Shown here one piece after another: positions 1 through 23,943 of a DNA stretch of 64,000 nucleotides. This stretch comes from Prorocentrum cordatum (Eukaryota), in NCBI GenBank assembly GCA_963575745.1, contig CAUYUJ010000297.1, positions 1 to 64,000 on the forward strand, read 5' to 3'. The notes below the pieces were generated by a model, which did no database searches, was not told the DNA's origin, and saw only the letters and a program-made list of their open reading frames with translations. How positions within the stretch are numbered: position 1 is the first letter of the stretch; each line of letters starts with the position of its first letter. The position numbers and the translations under genes are program-made.

Positions 1-8
1 TAGCAGAA

Positions 9-300
<292 letters not shown>

Positions 301-908
301 GCCCTAATGGAGCTCCTAATCGAGCTCCTAACAGAGCTCGTAGTAGAGCTCCTAGTAGAGCTCGTGGTAGAGCCCCTAGTAGAGCTCGCAGTAGAGATTT
401 TGGCAGACCTCGCTCACACTAGAGCTCCTAATAGAGCACGTAGTAGAGCTCATAGTAGACCTCCTAATCGAGCTACCAGTAGAGCTCCTGGTAGAGCTCG
501 CAGATTAACTCCTCATGGAGCTCGTAGTAGAGCTCGTCGTAGAGCTCCTAAGCGAGCTCCTGGTAGAGCTCCTAACAGGGCTCTTAACAGAGCTCCAAAC
601 GGAGCTCCTAATAGAGCTCGTAGTAGAGCTCGTGGTAGAGCTCGTAGTAGAGCTCGTGGTAGAGCTCGTGGTAGAACTCGAAGTAGAGCTCCTCGTAGTG
701 CTCGTAGTAGATCTCGTAGTAGAGCTCGTAGTAGGGCTCGTAGTAGAGCTCTTAATAGAGCTCGTATTAGAGCTCGTGGTAGAGCTCGTATTAGAGCTCG
801 TAGTAGAGCTCCTATTAGAGCTCGTAGTAGAGCTCGTAGTAGAGCTCCTAACAGAGCTCCTAATAGAGCTCCTAGCAGAGCTCCTCATAGAGCTCATAGA
901 GCTCCTCT
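301..908. repeat. 12-bp minisatellite, consensus AGAGCTC(G/C)TA(G/A)T
   Basis: Tandem 12-mers with palindromic GAGCTC core; translates as repeating VVEL/ARSR. Confidence 0.95.
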
Positions 909-2361
909 ATGGGATTCCTAAGGGATCCTATAGGATTCCGAAGGGATCCCACAGGGTTCCTAAGGAATCCTATAGGATTCCTAAGGGATCCTATAGGATT
1001 CCTAAGGGATCCCATCGGATTCCTAAGGGATCCCATAGGATTCCTAAGGGATCCCATAGGATACCTAAGGGATCCTATAAGATTCCTATAGGATTCCTAA
1101 GGGATCCCATAGGATTTCTATAGGATTCCTAAGGGATCCAATAGGATTCCTAAGGGATTCCTCAGGGATCCCATAGGATCCTCTAGGGTTCTTAATGAAT
1201 CCTATAGTATTCCTAAGGGGTCCCATAGGATTCCTAAGGGATCCCATCGGATTCTTAAGGGATCCCACAGGATTCCTAAGGGATCCCCTAGGATTCCTAA
1301 GGGATCCTATAGGATTCCTAAGGGATCCCATAGGATTCCTAAGGGATCCCATAGGATTCCTAAGGGATCCTATAGGATTCCTAAGGGATCCCATAGGATT
1401 CCTAAGGGATCCCATAGGATTCCTAAGGAATCCTATAGGATTCCTAAGGGATCCTCTAGGATTCCTAAGGGATCCCATAGGATTCCTAAGGGATCCCATA
1501 GGATTCCTAAGGGATCCTATAGGATTCCTATAGGATTCCTAAGGAATCCCATAGGATTCCTAAGGAATCCCATAGGATTCCTAAGGGATCCTATAGGATT
1601 CCTATAGGATTCCTAAGGAATCCCATAGGATTCCAAAGGGATCCTATAGGATTCCTATAGGATTCCTAAGGAATCCTATAGTATTCCTAAGGGATCTTAT
1701 AGGATCCTATAGGGTCCTATAGGATCCTATAGGGTCCTATAGGATTTCTAGAGGATCCTATAGGATTTCATAGATTTCCTATAGGATCCTATAGGATTTC
1801 TATAGGATCCTATAGGATTTCCTATGGTATTTCACAGGATTTCTAGAGGATCCTATAGATCCTATAGGATCTTATAGGATCCTAGCAGAGCTCCTCATAG
1901 AGCTCATAGAGCTCCTCTATGGGATTCCTAAGTGATCCTATAGGATTCCGAAGGGATCCCACAGGGTTCCTAAGGAATCCTATAGGATTCCTAAGGGATC
2001 CTATAGGATTCCTAAGGGATTCCATAGGATTCCTAAGGGATCCCACAGGGTTCCTAAGGAATCCTATAGGATTCCTAAGGGATCCTCTAGGATTCCTAAG
2101 GGATCCCATAGGATTCCTAAGGGATCCTATAGGATTCCTATAGGATTCCTAAGGAATCCCATAGGATTCCTAAGGAATCCCATAGGATTCCTAAGGGATC
2201 CTATAGGATTCCTATAGGATTCCTAAGGAATCCCATAGGATTCCAAAGGGATCCTATAGGATTCCTATAGGATTCCTAAGGAATCCTATAGTATTCCTAA
2301 GGGATTTTATAGGATTTCCTATAGGATCCTATAGGATTTCTCGAGGATCCTATAGGATTCC
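909..2361. repeat. 21-bp quasi-palindromic minisatellite (TAGGATTCCTAAGGGATCC(C/T)A) with 10-11-bp sub-units
   Basis: Tandem units read directly; the strands translate as GFLRDPI and GSLRNPI repeats; the block starting at 871 recurs at 1881. Confidence 0.97.
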
Positions 2362-2366
2362 TCAAG

Positions 2367-2448
2367 AGCTCGCTGCACCGGTGCGCACACGCGTCGTGCT
2401 GTCAGAATCCGCATGGAGGACGTAGCGTTGAGAGCTTGGTCTGTGGAG
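2367..2448 (+). CDS. Possible coding exon (SSLHRCAHASCCQNPHGGRSVESLVCG), unknown protein
   Basis: Non-repetitive island, AAG| acceptor, canonical GAG|GTAAG donor at 2449; phase 1 matches the TAG|GG acceptor at 2571. Confidence 0.3.
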
Positions 2449-2570
2449 GTAAGCTTTCGGGGTTGCTGGGGGTTGCTGGGGTTGCTGGGGTTGCTGGGGT
2501 TGCTGGGGTTGCTGGGGTTGCTGGGGTCCCGCGGTTGCCCCCGGGCCGGTCAAGTCGGCCTTGTCCCTAG

Positions 2571-2608
2571 GGGAGGAGGCGCTGTGGAGCTCCCCAGTGG
2601 ACGGGCCG
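2571..2608 (+). CDS. Possible coding exon (GEEALWSSPVDGP), unknown protein
   Basis: CCCTAG|G acceptor closes a 122-bp GT-AG intron containing (GGGGTTGCT)n; the 3' boundary CCG|GTCAA is uncertain. Confidence 0.3.
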
Positions 2609-2624
2609 GTCAACTGCGCCTCGT

Positions 2625-9815
<7,191 letters not shown>

Positions 9816-9819
9816 AAGA

Positions 9820-12000
<2,181 letters not shown>

Positions 12001-12004
12001 CGCC

Positions 12005-12502
12005 ACCCCCCCCTCTGCCACTGGCGCCCTTTCCCTGTGCCTGCCCCGCATCCCTGGGTCGACCCCTCAGCTGATCCCGCCTCATGCTCCCAGCTGGGTG
12101 GGTGCATCCGTCTGGGCCCCCCCGCCCCCGGCGCTCCCCCCCGGGTGCCCCCTTGCGTCCTCCCCAGCAGGTTCGCTGCCCTGTCTCCCCCGTCATTCCC
12201 GCCGTCCCGCCGCCCCCCCTCCCCCTCCCTGCTCCCTTTCTCCCTTCTCACTGCTCCCTGTCCCCTCCCCGTGGTCTCCCGACCCCCCTTCCAGCTTCCT
12301 CCTTCTCGTCCTTCTCCTGCCTCTCATCATCGCCGCCCTCCTTTTGCTTATCGTTCTCCTGCTCCTTCTGTTCGGCCTCCTGTCGATCTATTTGTTCCTT
12401 CTGTTCATCTCGGCTTATCCGCCATGCGTTCCAAGATGAGTCGCATTGCTTGCTCTCTCTCACTCTCTTTCAACATCGTTCCCTGTAAGTTGCATGATGA
12501 GA
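12005..12502 (+). mobile_element. ~500-bp non-coding dispersed repeat, copy 1, followed by (GAT)n
   Basis: Colinear and highly similar to 17041-17549, e.g. shared CCATGCGTTCCAAGATGAGTCG and TGTAAGTTG(C/A)ATGATGAGA. Confidence 0.85.
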
Positions 12503-12510
12503 GCGCGATT

Positions 12511-12577
<67 letters not shown>

Positions 12578-12629
12578 GGAGGAGGAGGAGGAGGAGGAGG
12601 AGGATGATGATGCTGCTGCTGCTGCTGAC

Positions 12630-12661
<32 letters not shown>

Positions 12662-12668
12662 CCATGAC

Positions 12669-12719
<51 letters not shown>

Positions 12720-12723
<4 letters not shown>

Positions 12724-12900
12724 CCGGCGCGGAACGCAGGAGTCATCTGCGGCATGGGGTATTTTCGGCGTGCGCGGCGATGGCCAGGGTTTTTGCATGT
12801 TGCTGGCAGCTGGAGCTATGTGCGCCCCTGCACTGGACAGTTGCGAAGCCGAACTCCTAGCGTTAGAGCTTGCTGTGGCATCGTTTTCTTTGATTGTAGT
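12720..12900 (+). pseudogene. Possible RNase H-like relic from the 3' end of a retroelement
   Basis: DSCEAELLALELAV resembles the RNase H S-x-x-AEL-x-AL helix; upstream DAGA and CGMG lie in other frames. Confidence 0.3.
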
Positions 12901-13029
12901 CAGAGGGGAATGTGGGATTCCTCACCAGCACGACGTTTTACTTCACGATCTGAGTTGCACTGGTTGCGGGCTGAACTGAGCGAGGCATGAGCTGCGGCCA
13001 CACAGGCCCTAAGCAGTCACCAAACGAAA

Positions 13030-14970
<1,941 letters not shown>

Positions 14971-16126
14971 AAGACGAGTTTCTTGTCTTTTCCGGGTCTC
15001 ATCAGGCAGTTTCTAGGGCAGGGCTGTCCGCGGTTCGGCCGATCTTGATGCGAATGTCGACGTGTCCACGTTGCATCGACCGTATCGATTATGCACATAC
15101 AAAGGCCGCTTGCCTAACCTGATCCAGAGGTCGAGTCTCATCTGAGTGATTCGGTGATCGAGACTCGATCGAGTGGTCCGATCGTTTCGTTGGACGTAGA
15201 CGTTGATTGATTTGTTCGATCTACGACTATGGCGAGCCTGTGGACAGCGATGGTAGGGGAGGAGGGGGATGAGGATGATGATGATGATGAGGGGGGTGAG
15301 GGGCAGGAGTGGGAGGGGGAAAACGAAGGGAAACGCCGCTTTCTCGCGTCCGAAGGGGCTATCAAGGGGGTTTCAGGGTGCGCTCCAGGGAGAAGGGTGC
15401 CAAGGAGTAGAGCGCGCAATGCGGGGTGGTCGCGGAGCAGAAGATCGGAGGCGGGCCAGTTGAGACAACGGCGGATCTCCCGCCCAGCCCACATCCGCGC
15501 GAATCGGTTCCCAGATTCCTCCGAGGGTCCACCCTGGCATGTTTTTTTTGGCGGATCTGGCCATGGCGGCGAGAAGCCTCCAAGAGGCCCAAGCAGGGCG
15601 AAAAGTGTCAGGAAGTGCCGCCGTTGTCTCGACCGTCCCTCCTCCAAGAAGAGGTCGTGGAACCGATTCTCACACTTCCTTCTTCCACGGGCCGTGCAAA
15701 ACGACACCTCTGCCCCCACCCCACCTTTCACTCACCCCCGACGAAGGGGGGAAGGGGAGGGTGGGGGAGCACCGGGACCTCCGACCCGCTCCTCTGCCCT
15801 CCCGCTCCCGCCGCGCCCGCGAGCACGACCCCGTGCACCGGTATCGTCCGTCGAACCTCACATCCCCGGCCCCACGGGGCCGTGCCATCTCAGCCCCACC
15901 AGACGCTCCCCCCCCTCCAAGGTCGGTATACGTCGTGAGAGGAAAAAAACACAGACAGAATGAATCCTCGATTCCCCAGAAAATATGGGAAAATATGGGA
16001 AGTGGGGGGGAAGACAAAAACTCAGAAAATATGGGAAAAGATGGGGAATGCTTTTATTTGTGTGTATTTATTTGTGTGTCCTGGGGCCCCTTCACAGACG
16101 CTACCCCCCCCTCCAAGGTCGGTATA

Positions 16127-16342
16127 CGGTCAGGAACTTTTGGATAGCGTGTCGCTCCGCCCGGTGTGGCCCACCGCGCCTCGGCGCGACACGCTATCCA
16201 CTTCGCGGTCCCCAGGCGTCCGCGCGCGGAGCCTTTCCCAGCCTCCCGCCCCGCGGAGCGGAGCGACACGCGATCCGCTCGCAAGGTGCAGAGTGTCGCC
16301 TGGACCGCCCCGGCGACACGCTTTGTAAAAGTTCCCCGACCG
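16127..16342. mobile_element. 216-bp MITE with ~30-bp imperfect TIRs and TA flanks (Tc1/mariner-type)
   Basis: Left end CGGTCAGGAACTTTTGGATAGCGTGTCGC; right end reverse-complemented CGGTCGGGGAACTTTTACAAAGCGTGTCGC; TA at 16125-16126 and 16343-16344. Confidence 0.75.
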
Positions 16343-16901
16343 TAAGCCCGGCGACTATACTCCGAATGGAACAGCACATATCCCCTCCTGAGGGGTAAGT
16401 CGGCCAGCGGGGACAAGGCCATATCCGTGGGGATGGGTAGTGGTGAAACGATGCTCGGTGCAGGGACGCGCCCGTGTCCGCAGAGACACTGCGCTGCCGC
16501 GCCAAGTCACAAAGGCGCGCGCACGTACTCGAGGCGCGCGTGCCACCGAGGCCTGCTCGTGATGCTTCACCTTGGCGTGCCTCAGGGGCAACGTTAGGGG
16601 TCAGGGGGGATGTATCGACCCCCAATCGCCCATTGATCGCTGATACGGGTCCGGTAGCCCACCCCGCCCAGGACCCTGCGGTTCTGCTACCGAGGGCCTG
16701 TCGCCGATCTATCGGCGATGTATCGCCGAGTCCAGGTCGATGTTTCCCCCCTCCGAGCCCGTCCCCCCCTAACGTTCCCCCTCAGCGCCACGCGCGGTAG
16801 CTCACTGTCTTCGCTCACGACGCGAAAGTGTCGAACCCGTCGGGCCCGACCCGTCGCCGGTGTCTCTGCCAGTTGGGCAGCGGCGGGAGGTCCACATGCA
16901 G

Positions 16902-16995
16902 GCGGCGGAGGCGCCAGCTGTGCCTGCCCCCGATGCCGGAGACGGCCACGCCGCCACGCACCTCGGCGCCGCGGTGGTGATGGTCGGGCGCCCAG
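16902..16995 (+). CDS. Putative exon A of multi-exon host gene (AAEAPAVPAPDAGDGHAATHLGAAVVMVGRP)
   Basis: CAG|G acceptor; CAG|GC donor in phase 1 (alternative GCA|GTGAG at 17004 is also phase 1); joins the next exon in frame. Confidence 0.45.
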
Positions 16996-17040
16996 GCGGT
17001 CGCAGTGAGCAGCCAGATCAGTGCTGACGCGATGAGCCCG

Positions 17041-17549
17041 ACCCCCCTCTGCGACCGGCGCCCTTTCCCTTCTCAGTGCCTGCCCCGCATCCCTGGGTGG
17101 ACCCCTCAGCTGATCCCGCCTCCTGCTCCGAACTGGGCGGGTGCATCCCTCTGGGCCCCCCCGCCCCCGGCGCTCCCCCCCGGGTGCCCCCCTGCGTCCT
17201 CCCCAGCAGGTTCGCTGCCCTGTCTCCCCCGTCATTCCCGCCGTCCCGCCGCCCCCCCTCCCCCTCCCCCTCCCTGCTCCCTTCTCCCTTCTCACTGCTC
17301 CCTGTCCCCCCCCGTGCTCTCCCGACCCCCCTTCCAGCTCCCCTCCCTCCTTCTCGTCCTTCTCCTGCCCCCTCATCATCGCCGCCCTCCTTTTGCTTAT
17401 CTATCTCCTGCTCCTTCTGTTTAGCTTCATGTCGGCCTACTTGTTTCTTCTGTTCATCTCGGTTTATCCGCCATGCGTTCCAAGATGAGTCGAATTGCTT
17501 GCTCTCTCACTCTCTTTCGATCTCGTTCTCTGTAAGTTGAATGATGAGA
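17041..17549 (+). mobile_element. ~500-bp non-coding dispersed repeat, copy 2, followed by (GAT)n
   Basis: Colinear with 12005-12502. Confidence 0.85.
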
Positions 17550-18600
<1,051 letters not shown>

Positions 18601-19039
18601 AGTAGGGTGCTCCAGGGGAGGAATGTGCACGAGCATGAGGGAGGCGGAAGTGAAGGAAGGAGAGGAGGCGGGGGAGGGGGAACGGGAGGAATCAGGGGGG
18701 AAGAGGGAGGAGGTGATTGATTTGGACGTGGGTTAGAGTCAAGCTCTAACTCCCATACGCTCGAGGCGAGCGGGGACCGAACGAGGGCCCGAAAAGACGA
18801 ACGAGCAGTGGAGGGACAACGACCGAGCGAAGAACCGAGGCCAGAAGCACAAAAGGGACAAGAGCGAACAAGCTACCAATCTCAAAACTCGTTAGAACAA
18901 TTCAGGCATCAAGTAGGTACAGTCTCCGTATTTACGAGATCAGGTCCTGCAGCGGCAGGCGCCGCTATCCTTCTTTTTCCCCACATCTAATGTGGGGTTC
19001 TTGCTTTCTCTGGACACCCCGCGCAGGAACAGGAACCCA

Positions 19040-19320
19040 TTCCTCACTCACTCACTCACTCACTCATCATCCCTCACACACTCACTCACTCACTCACTCA
19101 CTCACTCACTCACTCACTCACTCACTCACTCACTCACTCACTCACTCACTCACTCACTCACTCACTGACTCATCAGCACTCACATATGATGATGATGAGT
19201 GTGCGCGTGAGAGAGTGTGATGATGATGATGATGATCATCATCATCATCATCAGTCAGTCAGTCAGTCAGTCAGTCAGTCACTCACTCACTCACTTACTC
19301 ACTCACTCACTCACTCACTC
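19040..19320. repeat. (ACTC)n/(AGTC)n microsatellite with internal (TGA)6(TCA)6 palindrome
   Basis: Read directly; palindrome at 19218-19253. Confidence 0.95.
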
Positions 19321-19329
19321 GCCTTGGGC

Positions 19330-20600
19330 CTCGTCTGTGAGTGAATCATGAGGAAGTCTCAGGCGGGAGCCCCCTCCCTATGGGGCCCGCGGATTATGTT
19401 ACTAATCCGAGCGAGTCATCCAATTCCTGTAACTGTCGCCACTTTTGGGCTCTCGCGCTGCCAGAACGCCATTCCCAGGCCACATTTTGAATGCCCGGAG
19501 CCAACTGTAGACCACTTCGTGTTCTTCGTGCTCCCAGAACACCGGGAATGCCTGCAAGGGCCCCCTCCTTATGGGCCCGCAGATCATGTTACTAATCCGA
19601 GCGGGTCATCGGAACCCTGTAACTGTCGTCACTTTTGGGCCCCTGAGGCTTGAATTTGGAGGAAGTATCAGGCGGGAGCTTCGTCTGTGAGTGAATTGCG
19701 AGGAAGTCTCAGGCGGGACCCCCCTCCCTATGGGGCCCGCAGATCATGTTACTAATCCGAGCGGGTCATCCAATTCCTGTAACTGTCGTCGTCAGTTTTG
19801 GGCTCCTCAGGCCTGAATATGGAGGAAGTCTCAGGCGGGAGCTTCGTCTGTGAGTGAATTGCGAGGAAGTCTCAGGCGGGACCCCCCTCCCTATGGCGCC
19901 CGCAGATCATGTTACTAATCCGAGCGGGTCATCCCATTCCTGTAGCTGTCGTCAATTTTGGGCTCCACAGGCCTGAATATGGGGGAAGTCTCAGGCGGGA
20001 GCCTCGAATTCCGAGGAAGTCTCAAGCGGGAGCCCCCTCCCTATGGGGTCCGCGGATCATGTTACTAATCCGAGCGGGTCATCCAATTCCTGTAACTGTC
20101 GCCACCTTTGGGCTCTCGCGCTGCCAGAGCGCCATGCCCAGGCCACACTTGTGAGTGAATCATGAGGAAGTCTCAGGCGGGAGCCCCCTCCTTATGGGGC
20201 CCGCGGATCATGTTACGAATCCGAGCGGGTCATCCAATTCCTGTAACTGTCGCCACTTTTGGGCTCTCGCGCTGCCAGAACGCCATTCCCAGGACACATT
20301 TGTGAGTGAATTGCGAGGAAGTCGAAAGCGGGAGCCCCCTCCGTATGGGGCCCGCGGATCATGTTACGAATCCGAGCGGGTCATCCAATTCCTGTAACTG
20401 TCGTCACTTTTGGGCTCTCGCGCTGCCAGAACGCCATTCCCAGGCCACATTTTGAATGCCCGGAGCCAACTGTAGGCCACTTCGTGTTCTTCGTGCTCCC
20501 AGAACACCACTCCCGGGCCACATTGTGAATACCCAGAGCCATTTGTAGGCCACTTCGTGATCTTCGTGTTCCCAGAACACCACTCCCGGGCCATTTTCCG
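19330..20600. repeat. Modular tandem repeat, 7 copies, period ~150-190 bp
   Basis: Core GGGCCCGC(A/G)GATCATGTTACTAATCCGAGCGGGTCATCCAATTCCTGTAACTGTCG near 19382, 19573, 19732, 19895, 20045, 20196, 20347. Confidence 0.95.
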
Positions 20601-21545
20601 AATATCCGGAGCCAAAACAGGAGGGCGAGGTCGGGGGCAACGTAGGGAGCGGGGGGAGGGCCCGCGCCAGGGCGAAAAGAAATATACGCAGAAGAGACAG
20701 CCAGGACGCCTCACCAACCACGAGGACGACGGTGAGGGCTTTTTCCAGATTCGCCCAGAGGATTCTCATGTGGGGTCCTTCCGTCGGAGTAATTCAGCAT
20801 CAGTCCACCATTCTGAAGACTTGAACTTCACCTTTCCTCCCCCTCCTGTGCCCCCTATCCCCGAGTCCTGGGCCACTGCAGGTTTTGCAGTTCACGGTGT
20901 GTCCTCGATCGTTGGGTACGGATTGTGTGTGTGTGTGTGTGTGTGTGAGAGCGACCATTTGTACTCGCCATCTCTCGAAGGTCAGTCTGTCTATGTGATT
21001 GGACGCTTCAAGTACGCCCGCTTGCACGCCATTCGAGGTAGCTCAGGGGCGTCACCTCTGCGTCGCCGTGTTTTCATCGTGCTGCTGTGGGGCAGGTCAG
21101 CCGATGCCCAGTCGAGTGTTCATTCTACAGAGCCAGAGGGGCCCACAGTGGGGCCACGAGAGGACGAGTCGACTGTACAGGGCCACGACGGGGCCGCCGG
21201 ACCCACTGCGGGCGTCCATTGCGGTTCAGAGAAGCCCACTATCAATAGTGGCAGCAATGGACACGCACCGACCCTGGCGCTTCGCTGCCAGGTTCCGCCA
21301 CGGCCAGCGATCGGTGAAGCCCGCGACGAGGAGCCTGCCGGTACGCCGGCGACGAGGAGCTAGCACACGTGTCGCACACAAGGGAGAACATAACAAACAA
21401 TCAAGCGGCCTAGCGGCCTGGCTACGGAGGAGGAGGAGGAGGGGGAGGGGGAGGGGAAGGGGGAGGGGGAGGGGGTGTAAACAAACAGAAGTGGGAGGAG
21501 TGGGGGGATGATGAGGAGGAGGAGGAGGTGGAGGAGGGAGTATAA

Positions 21546-21660
<115 letters not shown>

Positions 21661-21678
21661 CGATGATGATTTTGCTGC

Positions 21679-21714
<36 letters not shown>

Positions 21715-22104
21715 GGAGGAGGAGGAGGAGGAGGAGGAGGATGAAGGAGGAGGAGGAGGAGATGGAGGAGGAGGTGGAGGAGGAGGATGAGAAACAGTGC
21801 AAACCCTAGACTCATCAACGATGTTGCAAGAAACCCTCACTCCAAGTTCCCTTTTCAGAGATCCCCACGAAGAAGTGCCCTGCTGGAAGACGACCGTCTG
21901 AAAATCCCTGAACCGCACCAGAACACCATTCCTGGGACTCCAACGCCGCGAATCAACGTTATTAGTGCGTCCTAGCGATCATGAGTCGTGGCAGAACGCC
22001 GTTCCTCGGATGTCAGCACGGCGAAGCAACGTAAGTGCTGCGCACTGACAGTTCTACATCGTGCCAAACACGATTGGGACGTGAATCGTGCGAATCCTTG
22101 AAAC

Positions 22105-22369
22105 TGTTGTAAGCTCTTAGGACGAATGTGCGCGGCGCTAAGGCGAGAGCCACATCTTGAAAACGACCCGCCCTCCATTCGTTAAGCTCTTGTAGATTTT
22201 TAAGACGAGTGTACGCGGCGCTAGGGTGATAGCCACATTTTTAATTCTACCCGCCCTCCATCCGTGATACTTTTGGCAAGCTTTTACGATGAATGAGTGC
22301 GGCGCTCAGGCGAGAGCCACATTTTGAGAAGCACTCGCCCTCCATCCGTGGCAACTGCTAAGCTTAAGG
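22105..22369. repeat. Three diverged ~84-bp tandem repeats
   Basis: GCGGCGCT..G..GA.AGCCACAT.TT...CGCCCTCCAT.CGT near 22132, 22215, 22299. Confidence 0.85.
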
Positions 22370-22450
22370 ATCATAAGTTGTGAGGAAGTCTCAGCCGAAC
22401 CGCCCAGCCCGCCCTACGGACACGTCCCGGGTTTCGACGGGGAGGAGTTG

Positions 22451-22975
22451 TTCCCCAAACAGTGCTTCCACCTAGGGGTTCTTAAATGTATTCCAACGAA
22501 CTGGGCTGCTGTGCCGTTCTGGCAGCTACGTGACCGCCGTCGCCGCCCCGTCGTCGCCTCGTCGACGCCCGTCGTCTGGGCCGGTGTGCCGCTCTGCCAG
22601 CTAGTCGCCGTCGCCCCTCCGTCGCCGTCTCGTCGCCGCCCGCCGTCTGGGCCAGTGTCGCGGTCCGGCGGCTGTGTAGTCACCGTCGACGCCCCGTCGC
22701 GCCCCGTCGCTACCCGTCGCCTGGGCCGGTGTGGCGGTCTGGCGGCCATGTAGTCGCCGTCGCCGCCTCGTCGCCACCCGTCGTTTGGGCCGGTGTGGTG
22801 GTCTGGCGGCTATGTTGTCGCAGTTGCTACCCCGACCTAGATTGCACCACATCGATTGCACCGCATATATTGCACATCGTAGCTTGCACCACATAGATTG
22901 CGCAACATGTGTTGCACCACGTAGATAGCATCACATGGATTGCACATCATAGATTGCACAACCTAGACTGCAACC
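22451..22975 (+). mobile_element. Non-autonomous repeat with ~60-bp GC-rich and 14-bp (ACATAGATTGCACC) internal tandem repeats
   Basis: Inverted homologue at 60165-60526 shares the TTCCC..AACAG...GGTTCTT...GAACTGGG end and both internal repeat types in the same order. Confidence 0.7.
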
Positions 22976-23552
22976 TTGATGCTTCGTGATCATACATGGC
23001 GACGAAATCTTAGGCGAAGCGCGCAGCCCGCCCTACTGACTCGTCTGAGTGTGCGACAGTGCGCAGTTGCTGTCAGGAATAGGGGAGGAGGACGGGGAGG
23101 AGGAGGGAGGGAGGGAGGGAGGGGGTCGCGTTGAGAAGGAGGAGAAAGAGGAGCAGGAGGAGGAGAAGTAGGGAGAAAATCAATAATCTAATTATTGAGA
23201 TGAAGCGAAATGGTATTAGTAATCGTAGTACTAACAACACGTAATACGGATAGTACTAACAAATGGTCATGCTCATATTTTAAGAAGAATTATGATAAGA
23301 AGAAGACAAATCAGACGACCTTAACTAATAAAAATAATCATAATAATAATACTGATCGTAATACTCAGAGGACGTATAATATTTGTAGTAATATCAAGGA
23401 GCACAATTCTAAGACAAATAATAACAATAGTTTTATGGGTAATACTACTAGTATTCACAATACTAATAACCATAGTAATGCTAGTAAGAGAAGAGAAGTG
23501 AGGGAGGGCCGACGATCAAAAGCCGACGCCGACGCCTGCGCTGGTGGCGCAG

Positions 23553-23658
23553 ACGCCCTGGCGGCGACGTCGGCCGGCGGTGGCCAGCGGCGGCGGCATC
23601 GGCTGGCCGAGGCCAACGGGCGCCGCGCGCCCGGCCTGGCGCGCTGCTCGGTGCTGAG
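23553..23658 (+). CDS. Putative exon B (DALAATSAGGGQRRRHRLAEANGRRAPGLARCSVLR)
   Basis: Very GC-rich island between low-complexity tracts; CAG|A acceptor phase 1, GAG|GC donor phase 2. Confidence 0.5.
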
Positions 23659-23679
23659 GCCTCGGGAGGGGACGAGGGA

Positions 23680-23802
23680 GGGGAGGGAGGGACGGAGGGA
23701 GTGAGGGAGGGAGTGAGGGAGGAGGGAGGAAGGAGGGGAGAGGAGGGAGGAGCGAGGCAGGATGACGATGATGATGAGGAGGAGGATGACGATGACGATG
23801 AC

Positions 23803-23863
<61 letters not shown>

Positions 23864-23868
23864 GTGAC

Positions 23869-23943
<75 letters not shown>

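Noticed and set aside
20557..21363. 268-aa ORF as a gene
   Set aside because: Spans a tandem repeat and a (TG)n tract; no recognisable domain.
21801..22085. Telomere-like AAACCCT and copia RNase H-like LRTDSS peptide
   Set aside because: Isolated heptamers only; no supporting copia motifs, and stops in frame.
22105..22369. CRISPR-like ~50-bp repeats with ~32-bp spacers
   Set aside because: Spacers share sequence; this is a degenerate tandem repeat.
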